A stretch of DNA of 45,857 bases. Origin: Lenisia limosa (Eukaryota; Protista; Breviatea). The notes beneath the pieces are model-generated. The model made no database searches and was not told the origin of the DNA. It saw only the letters and a list, made by a program, of their open reading frames with translations. The stretch is from positions 1-45,857 of the forward strand of contig LPNZ01008289.1 in the NCBI GenBank assembly GCA_001655205.1, read 5' to 3'. The position numbers and the translations under genes were made by a program. Shown here one piece after another: positions 13,016-24,263 of the stretch (position 1 is the first letter of the stretch; every line of letters begins with the position of its first letter).

Positions 13016-13178
13016 TCCAAGCTCACAGTATGGATTTATGAACCAAGCTGAGAGATAAAGAAGTTTTTATCAATGAAATTAGCACATAAAGTAAAATACA
13101 ATCCTAATTAAAAGCACAAAAAAAAAAATACAAATACACATACTCTACACCATAAAATCAGTAAAGAAGGAGCGAAGC

Positions 13179-14430
13179 CTATATATCACGGCCGCGGTGG
13201 TTTGCTTTGATGCCCTGGTTGATTGGTGCCACTGATAATGAGTCGATGGGGATGAAGCTTGCGGGGCTGCGGTTACGTTCAATGATGGAAATCGCCTTCT
13301 TCGTCACCTTTTCACTTGAGAGTAAGAGGGGGTCATGGCTCAAAGGAGCCTAAGAAGGGACAAGCATACTGAGCATCGTGGTGAAGATGGTAGCAATGGC
13401 GACAGACGGCCATGTAAGTATCGGACCCTCCAATGACCTCAACCTCATCACCGGAAACTACGAGGGTAAACACATGGAAGACTAGAGGCGTTTCTATCAA
13501 TAAGCAAGGGCTGTTGGGAAGCTGAGTGATGGTGCATGCATACCGATACGCTTTGAGAAGGCGGCTTCCTTGGTGCAAACGCTGCAAATGGACTTGAGCT
13601 TTGTGACCGACTCGGCAAGAGGCACAAGGTTGAGAATGGTGTTGAAGGCCTGGATAGTCAGCTGAACAATGGAAAGAAACCAGCGGTCAGCAATGCGGAA
13701 CCAGCAACAAACCTTGCGTTGGAAGGTGCCATCAAGAGCAGCGACAATGACAATCTTGCCCATGTTGGCGCAGGTCTCGCAGAACTCAACGACGTCCGGG
13801 AAGAACTGGCCCTCATCAACACCAACAACATCTGAGAGGTGAAAAAAAGTGGGTGAAGGGGGCGGTATGAAACTGAATTTGTATGAAACAATTAGAATGG
13901 ATGAATGGATTAGCGAGAAAGAATAAGGAGGAGTCAGAGAAGCCTTCAGATGAAAGTGAAAAAAAGGCGCCAAGAGTAAGTCAGAAGGAAACCAACCAAA
14001 CCTCACCAATAAGTCATATAACAAACTCTATGACTATAGATGCCATAAATTAAGGTAATACAGCAGTCCCCACCGTAGTCCTTCACTTCTTCGATCGCCT
14101 CATGAAGCTCAATGCATGGCCTGGCCACCATGGTGACCTTATCATGGGTTGCAAGCATTTCAACGTCAGCGTAGCTGTTTGAAGTGAGAAAAGACAACAA
14201 AGAAAAGGCGCGCCAAAATTATTCTAACATCAACACCGCAAACCGAACATCTCTCTTGTACTTAAGAACTAAACAACGGCGTTTGGCGATAGAATAGCGA
14301 CGCATACGACGGAGGAGCTCAGTTGACTTACCACTGAACATGGGCTAGAGAGGTTAGCTCATCCAAAACAAGGTAGTTAGTCACATACACCGAAGATAAC
14401 GTGGATAGATCCTTCAAAATCAAGTTCCAT
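13179..14430 (-). CDS. TK1: Thymidine kinase, TK1-type (multi-exon)
   Basis: [27 protein letters not shown] (P-loop), [52 protein letters not shown] and [22 protein letters not shown] stop at 13179-13181. Confidence 0.95.
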
Positions 14431-14976
14431 TCTGAGGAGCGGAATAACTAGGATAGAATTCGGTGGTTATCAGAGTAATACTATAGTTACTTGGTGTCAG
14501 GTTAAACAGATGCACAACTATTGACTCTCAGACTTGCTTCCCAGAAGAAAAAAAAAGTGTTTTTATTCGCGCGCATGCGCGTATACGCCAAGTGCGCCAA
14601 AACTATACGCCACCTTGCGTAAACGCCACTCATTTGACTTTCTGAGAAACTCCTGAAACTCCGAGTCATTGCTTTTCTGCGCACCTCATTTATCTTTCTT
14701 CAACCTTTTCTTATTCTTCTCCCTCCAGCCAACCTCGCCTTCTTCTCACAGTCTAAGTCTTCTCAATGTGACCAAGGACCCTAGGTACAGCAGACATACA
14801 AATGGACATGACTTTGTTTATTGCACTTTGTTTGTCATCCTTTTTCCTTCTTGGTTGTTGGCTGAGTACAAATATAAAAAAAAAAAAACAAGGGGATTGC
14901 ACAAGGATTTCAGGATCGTGGGGAAAGAAACTTTATCAAAAAGAGAAACAGAGAACAGACAAATAACAAGATACCA

Positions 14977-17900
14977 TTAAACCTTATAGCCCCACGCATC
15001 ACTCCATGTTTTAGAAAACCGTTCGTCAAGATAGTCACTTGACAGATCCAAGGGTTCTAAATAATGAAGTGGGCTTCACAATTCAAATGAGAAAAAATCT
15101 CACAAATATATTAAGATACAAAAAAAGACACACACTAAAGGGATCAGCAAAACCCTTCTTACTTATAGCTTTCTTCAGATCTTTTGGATCGTTTCCTGTA
15201 GTGTAATATGATGAATAAATCAACTTATCGGGGGGGGGGGGGGTTNNNNNNNNNNNNNNNNNNNNNNNNNNNNNNNNNNNNNNNNNNNNNNNNNNNNNNN
15301 NNNNNNNNNNNNNNNNNNNNNNNNNNNNNNGTACACGTGCATAACGTAACTGAATTTGTAATATCCAGACATATGCAGCGCATGTGGGAACAAGGGCTGG
15401 TCTTCCTGCAGGTGTTAAAAGGCTTGGAAACTATTGTAAACGTGATTGTGTAATCCCACATCAAAGAAAGCTGGAAGCTGTGGGACGAACCCTGTCTTGA
15501 CAGGATACCCTAAAACATTAAGGAAATAATAAATACGGTCAACAAGTCTGTTCCCCCAAACCCCGTAAGGTGCCCATGGTGGTGAAGATGATGTCCTCAA
15601 CCTCCAGCGTGGGGTATCCGTTGAAGGACTCATCAAGAGAACCTGAACTAAATCGTCATGGGAGGATGAAAAATGGGAGCTTTTGAAAACGGGGGTGTTC
15701 TCGGTGAATACTGAAAAACCAACGAAAGTTTGAGATACCACTTTAACAAACATTTTCCTTTCGACACGAGGGAGCACTCCATCAATCACCATTTTTGCGT
15801 TCCGGAGATGGTATCGAATCGTCTTGAGTTAGTAAGCAAAAAGTAAAAAAAGTTGATAAAAGGGAGGAGATAAGATGGAAGCGAACAAAACTTGACTGAG
15901 CACTAAATTGTCCAAGTTTGTTTCACAATGATTCAATTTGACTCGTTCAGAAGTGCTTGAATAAATACTGGTATCAAGTGAAACCTAAGAACTTCGCCAA
16001 CAGGTATCATCACTTCCAGTCTTGCAGAACTGTACGTCACGAAGGCGCCTCTGGCGTATGGCGGGTCTATCATGGTGATACTACACAATATTGGAAATTT
16101 ATCTTTTGACAATTCATTCCACTTTTCTTACTTTGTATACTTTGTACACAACTCGTATTAATTCTGAATAAAAAAAAGTACAGTATGATTAAACCTACAA
16201 AGGCTAAAGGGGTACATGTTGAAGGAAACGGAGTATTTGTTATTCCGACGGTCCACACCACCCGGCCTGGAAGGTGAATGAATATAACTGATTATTTCTC
16301 TGTTGACCACACATACTGGTTGGGATGTCCAACAATGACTTGATCTTCGGATGAAATCTTGTCAGATCGGAGAAACTCCAAATGTGCCGACAAGTCCGCG
16401 TATACGTCATCATCAAGCTAAGTGATGAGGCCCTTTAAGTCTAAGTAAGTATCATAACCCCTACCTTCAAGTAGAACTCGGCATTATGGAAAGCTGTATA
16501 AATTGTTTCGTATACCGCAGCAGCCTTGGATATCAAATATGATAAACTGGAAGAACATCTCAGAGAGAAGAGGGTTTCTGAGTGGAGGTATGACAAGTAT
16601 AATGCGTAGCGAGTGAAAGCCATCCAACCTTATAAACAAGGTAATCGTTTCCTTCAGGAATATCACGCGTCACAATATCCCCATGAATGCTGTTTTCAAG
16701 GGCTAGAAGGTCTTGCTCGTTTTTACAGTAATACGACTCCGAATCTAAAAAAAAGTTACCGCCAGCCTGCAAAAATACATATCAAAGCAGCACGCACTAC
16801 GCTAAGCCTACTCTCAATGCAGGCCTGCGAAATGCCGACAACAAACACAAAAGAGTAGCACTCCCTACAATGTCATTCAGGAAGGTTGGTCAACTACTTC
16901 CAAAAATGTAATTATATATGACACGTCTTTCTCCGCTTTAACGATATCTTTATTTGAGCTTTTAGTCCATTGATGGGTTTGTTCAAAAAGATGATATGAT
17001 CACTGGGCTCACTCTGGGTGAGAGTAGCTGAAAACAGTATCTCTGAGGACCTGCCGTCTAGCAACATTTCGAGGCTGGGTTGGGACTCCTGTATTAGTAA
17101 AAGACCTGCAGCAAATGACAAAGCAATCCAACGAATGTGCTTCCTTACCAATAGCAAGCCTGCATTGGATCCCAGTCTCCTTTTGCTTGTTTGCAACCTC
17201 TTTCCAAGGGCTTGGTTCTAAAGTGAAGAAATAAGACCTTGACCAGCACCCACCATCTTGGAGGCTTCTCATGAGTTCAATAGCCTCAGGGTTGGAACTT
17301 GGTAACACACGGTCACGCGGACTCTCGTCCAATATGTCCAATGCTACCCATTTGTTGGCCGGGTTTGGGAATCTTGAGACTGATTGTCAGAAAAGCCATA
17401 TTATAAGGATGTCTCCAGGCAATTGAAATTGGTACAAATGATGAAGTAATGTATTTGGTCATTAATTAACTCATCATTTTATATAAATTACCAACCTGAA
17501 GGGTGGAAGAAAACAGGCATAAACTTCTGCTGGTGCGAAGGAATTCCATTTGAACGCAAATGGTCGAGATTAGGTTGAAGTTCTACAGAGTAAAACAGGA
17601 AATTTACCCTTGGACTCAACCTTTTTACAAAGTTAACAGAACCCTACCTTGAAATAGTTCCACGAGGTTCTCATGAATTTTAGAAATGCGGCAGGCAGGG
17701 TTCAAAACTGCTGTGTTACATGCTGTTGACTGATGTAGCAAACGGGGAAAGTGATGAGTATGTAGTTGTGTCTGTTATTATAGCTAAGTCATAGTTCCCC
17801 TCCGTGTCTTACAACCGTCAATGTCTTACAACCGTCCATGTCTTGGATTATCTGACAGACAAACACTATATCTATACAATTCTATAACATATCTCCTTTT

Positions 17901-20180
17901 GCAAGTGTATTTGTGAGAGAAACCTGGTCGTTTTTTTTTTTCAAATCAAGCTCAACTTCACTATGGGACATATACATTACTGAAACTCCCATTCAGAATA
18001 CACCATCCATTCAGACCATTTGTAGATGCTTCAATGTAGTCAGGTGCCTTGCCAGTAACTGCCGGCCTGACCACGGTATGGAAATGTGCAAGGTAGAAGG
18101 TGTTGACACAATCAACAGCCGCGACTGCAATTGTGGATTTCATGACGCTACTGCCTGGGTCCTGGGGGGGTATGACAGGATCATTGAGAATAAAAAACAC
18201 CACACTGACAAACCATGCCGAAAGCAATCGCATGTTTGATTGGTATGCCACTTTTGACCGCATCAGCAAACGTCCACGACAGCGAACTAAGCGGATAGGA
18301 GGTAAGGTTTGGACCTGTTTATGCAATTCATCGAAATTGACCCCCCCCCCCCCACGAAGACACTTGTCCAAGACTGGCAGCGGGATGGCTCCCCACAGTC
18401 ACTACTGCAGAGCTCTTCTCCTTCGAAGTTAGTGAAAAGACAAGCATCAACAAGTAACACTGGCATTGTTTGATAGACAAATGAATTCACAAACCTTCAG
18501 AAGTTTATTCATTGTTGTTCTATTGAGCATTGTGAGATGTACGGGAGTATCCACTAAAACAGAACCCCTTGAATACAGTAAGTAAAAACAGAGTAACAAA
18601 AAAAGCTACTGGATTTCACCAGTGGTGCAGAACAATTAAACTACATCATGATATTAAGGATATGAGCAATGTTTAAAGAGTCATACCAAAGCGAGCCTGC
18701 CACATTGCTGTAATGCAACATGGAGCTAAGGACCTTGGGGGTATCAAGCCAAACGTTGTCTTCAATCTAAAGGGTCACATATATATATATCTTGTCAATG
18801 ATAATTCTATGGAAAAACCCTCTGTAGATGTATAGTCCACATACCAAAATAAACGATTCTGTAGATTTATAGATCTTGGTACTCCATTGGGCAAGAGAGA
18901 ATTGCTGAATAAATGAGAATTTGTTATCTGTTCATCCCACCCCTTTAGAGTAAGTGTAGCCTGAGTCAACATAAGAAAACATCAAATCTCCGTGTGTCTG
19001 TTGCTCCTTTACCAAAGACTCAGTCACTAAAAAGTCAAGTTGGCCAATGCAAAAACGGGAAAATATGATATCACATGATATCATATATCATATACACCCA
19101 TAGGGCTTAATATAGATGTTATTGAAACAATTTGAGAACGTGTTTGGCTAAACCCCACCTTTAATGGACAAAGCGGCTTTCCGTGGGATATTGATAATAA
19201 AACGATAATTGAAGCATTGCTCCTTGGTTTTCACGGTCAAAAACGTGTCTCGCGCTGCCATTCTCCAATGCAAATTGTCCAGACTTGATGATACTCCTGA
19301 GGAAGTCAGAGACAGTGGTCGCGATTATCTAACATGAGCAAATCAAACCTATGAAAAACTTGCAGTCATTATGAGGGAACTTCTTGATGTGGTTTTCGAG
19401 CAAAGAATATACTACAGATTAGAAGCTGCAACGACTCTTATTAGTTCTGGTATATTGTTCAAAACCATACCAATAATAACAACAATGACAAACACGCCTC
19501 ACCGAAACCGTCCTGGCTGTGCGTTGCCATAAAGTCCCAAGCCTCTCTTGCGTCGGGAAAGATGGGTCGGTAAGGCTCAAGAACCAAGTCGCCAGGGTAG
19601 GTGCGCGGGAAAATCTACCACAAGTCAAGACAAGCCGATAAATATGAGCCCAGTATGTAGTGCTTCACTTCGGTTCGAAAAAGACAGGTAAAATATCGAA
19701 AGTTTTCGAGGATTTATCGAGAAATTCAGCCTTTTTTCGAACCGAAGTGAAGCCCTATGTATGTCATCCCACAAAGTCTCCCAGAGCAGAACAATAACCA
19801 AATTCTCTTCTGGATTACCTCCATCAATGACAACTGTCATTTGACCCACCTGAAAGAGGTCCGGATAAGGTACATCAGCCGCGTCAAAAACAACGACTGG
19901 TGATAAATCACAAAACTTCGGGTATTCTCCTGAATGATAAGATAAATGAAAGTGGAAAAGAGTGGGCGTACAATAAAATAGCCCTCTCCCCACCATCACC
20001 CCAAAGATTCTCAGCAGCATAGCTTTCAGCACTTGTAGAAATGAAATGAAATCTATGTGTTGTTCTGTAGAGAAACGCATCCTCGTGGCTAAAAATGGCA
20101 ACGAAAATGATGCGCAGAATTGACACCGTTGAGAGGAACACAACAGTGTAGAGCATGGAACTGTGGTAGTAACTTCTCAT
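14977..20180 (-). CDS. Type II membrane glycosyltransferase with two tandem GT31 (beta-1,3-galactosyltransferase-like) domains (multi-exon)
   Basis: N-terminal hydrophobic anchor LYTVVFLSTVSILRIIFVAIF. Domain 1: FFIGVSSSLDNLHWRMAARDTF, KEQQTHGDL, SFILIEDNVWLD. Domain 2: LAIGVPTQPRNVARRQVLRDT, ENSIHGDI, AEFYLKLDDDVYAD, YPFSLYPPYARG, LEVEDII. Confidence 0.75.
17805..17845. repeat. 17-bp tandem repeat (TGTCTTACAACCGTC[A/C]A x2.4) in a GT31-gene intron
   Basis: Read directly from the sequence. Confidence 0.75.
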
Positions 20181-20676
20181 CTTGAGGGCGTGAGGGAAAC
20201 ACTGTCAGCTTTCCCTAATCTTGCCAACCCTTTGGCAAAATGCAGCTGCTGAATTCCTAATGTTCAAAGCCCAACATGGGGTGGGAATCTTGTGGGCTGT
20301 CCTATTCGTTACAGCGGTTGGCGGGGGGGGGGGGCAATNNNNNNNNNNNNNNNNNNNNNNNNNNNNNNNNNNNNNNNNNNNNNNNNGCGCTGGCTGTGGC
20401 TGCTGAGAGAGAGAGTGCAGGGAGTGACGGGAGGACGGGAGATGAATGGAAAAGAAGGCCAGAGAAGGCACCTTGCGGGAACAAGGAGAGCTAATCAAAA
20501 GTAATCTTATATAAGGCTCCAAAAATTTTGAAAACGTTCAGCAACTTACCCACCGTAACTGCGTTTAAGCCAGTGAATTAGAAGAAACAAAGGTACTTTG
20601 GAGATTCAAAGTGATCCCCAGGTGTTCCAATCGGCCATTAGTTGCTCCCTAGGTCTTTTTTCAACGATTTACACCA

Positions 20677-23650
20677 ATGAACCCTAATTTCAACTATTAT
20701 TCCCAACCTCAGCATCACAATGGCTACGCATATTCGGCTACTCAGTCTTTCCCAGGCCAGTATTATCCACAACAAGGGATGTATGCCCCTCAGCCCAACC
20801 TAATTTCCTCCAATCTTGACTCTCATCATGATGGACAATTACAGCAGGGCTACGTCTCCCCTGCACATGCTGCTGGTCAACACGCAGCAAGAAGATCCAA
20901 CTTGAACCCTTCCTCTCCAGCATTCTGTAAGCTTTGTTGTAGATGGGAATCTTTTAATGACAGCCCTATGGATGTGTTGGTGGGCTTTTTATAGTACTTT
21001 ACGCTAGCTCTGTTGTTTCGTTCTTGAAAAATGGGGCGTCATGGGCTGTCATCATATATAGCTTACATTTCCTTCTCAGAATCGTTTCACTCAATCAATG
21101 TTTGTTTGGAGTTCCAGCACTAATTCAATCAACAATAAACCATCCAGATCAAAGACAGCAACCTCCTGTTGAGACTACGAGCACTCCCCACCACAAGGGA
21201 AGGTCTCACCACAAGAAGCAACAGCCGAGACAGTCTTACACAAGGTCTTTGGGGTGCATTTTAACGAAGCCAAAACCTTTCCTCCACCTGCCCTGTTCAA
21301 GAGGTCAAAACCGACTAAACTTGAGGATTATTGATATTTTTTTTGTGCTGCTTCGCTCAGTTGCTTTTGTGCTTCTGACACTCAAGACCTTCACTCTCTT
21401 CGAATTCCGAGGCAGAAGCTAGTTTCAGACAACAGCAGGCTCTCCAACACCAGCAGAAGCTCTATCAACAACAGGTTTGCTTGGGCTGCATTGACAGGAA
21501 GATAGTGATGGTGATAAGACTGACCGTAGTGACTATTTTACATAACGGAACATATTTACATATTTTTCCGAAGTGTTTTATCCCCCCCCCCCNNNNNNNN
21601 NNNNNNNNNNNNNNNNNNNNNNNNNNNNNNNNNNNNNNNNNNNNNNNNNNNNNNNNNNNNNNNNNNNNNNNNNNNNNNNNNNGACAAGAGAATGAGAGAC
21701 ATGAGAACCTGAGGAAGCAGGAAGCGCTACAAGAAGAAAGGCGGGAGATGGAAAGAATCAAACAGCAAGATGAGCTGGTATGTTGTTAGTGTCATTCGAG
21801 TCCAAGCCACATGTTGTTTTCTTCTGACATTTTAGGAAAAGAAGAAACAGCTTGAACTTGAGAACCAAAGAAGAACGCGAATGTGAGTGCTTACTTTTGG
21901 AATGAATGGAACTGTCACTTTGAATATTCTCACAACGCAGTGATCAATATCGTCAAACTCGCAAGGTCGATTCACAAAAGGTGGGAGGGAGCATTTTCCA
22001 TTCTGGCTACTCAGAGTTTTACAGTAAATAATATACAATTTGCATAGTAATTATAATATATCATATGATATGATATACTATAATTTAATAGTTACTATCT
22101 TATTATGCATAAATAGGTTGTGGGTTTCTCTTTAGTGATAATATAGTACAACGCATCTTCCTTTCTCTTTGATCTGATTTTCTGACATAGAACCATTTTT
22201 GGTTTACGCAGTGACATTCAGGTTTCGGAGGCTCGTGAAGCTGCTAAAATGGCCCAAAAAGAAAACAAACAACAGAAGAAGGTCTACACTGTGGAGGCAT
22301 CAAACTGCCTGTCACCCACTCATAGGAGCTTCGTTTTGATCACCTTTGAAGAGGTATACAACGATATCATTAAATCTTGTATTCTCTATACCTTGGTTTG
22401 ACCGGATAGGCCGGTCTTGATGTTATTCGTCAGAAGTCCTACGTCAAAAATGACACTCTCTTCGTCGCCTTTTCATCACCCCATGTGAGCCTTTTCAGTT
22501 TGGTTGAAAGGAGGGGTGTGTGACTGAATACGAGGTTTTGCGTTACCAAGTTTTTGAATTGACCGCCAAGCATGCTGAAACCGCTGTCGCCTTCGAATCC
22601 CTCATTTATGACGGGGCGGAAATGCTTCTCAAACCGTTTAAGAAGGAGGAGGAGGTAGGCTGACTTTTAGCTATGATTTCTGAATCAACTTATCCATTCT
22701 GCTGTTCTCAACCCGTGCAGATGGTGAGACCGAATCCGAACCGAACCGCTTCTCTTGTCCTGAAGAACTTCCCCACTGAAAGCCGGGCTGACGTCACTAC
22801 TTTCCTTGTTGAGGGGTGTTAGTACATTTCGGACGAGAAAAGGAACCGTTCAATTGCACTTCTTGGTTTAACACGATAGGCTTGTGCTCCTCCCGCTTCC
22901 TTCTCACTGCATGGTGAGGGCTCAGACTTCCACGGCATGGTGTTTGTCAAGTATCCCCACCAACAGGCTGCGGCCGCGGCATACAAGGTGGAGGCTGGCT
23001 ATGGGTCTCTCTAATGGTCAGGGTTGGCAGAATCTCACTCCCCCCCCCCCCNNNNNNNNNNNNNNNNNNNNNNNNNNNNNNNNNNNNNNNNNNNNNNNNN
23101 NNNNNNNNNNNNNNNNNNNNNNNNNNNNNNNNNNNNNNNNNNNNNNTGTCCGCGTGGAGTACAGAAAGGCTCCCAACTCAAAACACCAATGTAAGGCAAT
23201 GTGCTGCTTATTGCATATTGCAAGCCTTCAAATCCTTATACCAGATGTTTAGCCAAAACTAAGGGGTGTTCTTATTTCCCATTTACGCTGCAGATTATGA
23301 GCCCCTTGACGAAACTTGTCTGCAGATGTATGAAGATATGAAGGCATTTGCCTTATCAAACGACACTGAAGCTGTAGGAGGTTTACCTGGTCCGGATCTG
23401 TAGTTGGGGGTTTAACTGGTCCTGATCTGTGGTTGCTTCTTTTTTACTTGCTGATCTTCAGCCACTACCTGTTTTGACGTTTTAGGACGCATTAGAGGGG
23501 CTGTCAACAGCAGTGCGCTATGAGCAGCATTTAATGGCTGAATCCTTGGGTTTATGCCATGACGCTGCAAAAGGCTGCACTACCCATTACGTCAAAATCA
23601 GTGTTGGCTAACATCTGTACAGTCTTTCCAAACCAAAATTTTGTTCTGNN
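20677..23650 (+). CDS. RRM + R3H RNA-binding protein, Pin4/Cip1-Cip2-like, with a Q/P/Y-rich N-terminus and coiled coil (3' end approximate)
   Basis: RRM: TASLVLKNFP...FHGMVFVKYP...VRVEYRK. R3H: AVRYEQHLMAESLGLCH (RxxxH). Coiled coil: ENLRKQEALQEERREMERIKQQ. Confidence 0.7.
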
Positions 23651-24263
23651 NNNNNNNNGCCAAAAGGTAAGTAATTGGCCTCCTTGTTATTGATATGGAC
23701 TGGACCAGCAGTTGACACTCCACTTTTCTAAAATTTTGTTCTTTTTTTATATCCTACTTAGGGGGTAAGAGTTTTTACCCTTCGGGGCCTTTGTGTTCGT
23801 TTTCTACTGCGCACGTCAGACAAATGACCCCCCCCCCTCCAGAACCGNNNNNNNNNNNNNNNNNNNNNNNNNNNNNNNNNNNNNNNNNNNNNNNNNNNNN
23901 NNNNNNNCAGCCCCTCGGCCCTGACGGCGGAGGTGGAGGGGGGTCTTGAAATTGGAAATATATTGCTTCTTTATTGTGGGTTTGCTATTTTCGTTTTATA
24001 AGCCCGTATAACCCCCCCCCCCTTTTCCAGATGCTTTCCGCTCAAGATGTGCGTTTTCTAGAATAGAGGAGTGAACAGCCCATATCCGTGCTCCGTTTTA
24101 TTTTATGGTTTGTTAATTGTAATAGTGGTTTTCTTAAATGTTTCCTCTTCAACACATTTCTTAGTTCTTACAATGTATCTTCTGACATCATTGGACCCTA
24201 CAACTGTACATTCCACATTATAATCCTTGCGTAACAACGTCCCTTCAATTCATAGTTATGGAC

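Noticed and set aside
16030-16075. DPPY motif suggesting an N6-adenine methyltransferase
   Set aside because: Correct splicing gives YPFSLYPPYARG, the GT31 YPPY motif. The Asp codon spans intron sequence.
19160-19330. Frame IIATTVSDFL resembling a SMI1/KNR4 C-terminus
   Set aside because: Another frame of the same exon gives the GT31 motif GVSSSLDNLHWRMAARDTF in phase with its neighbours.
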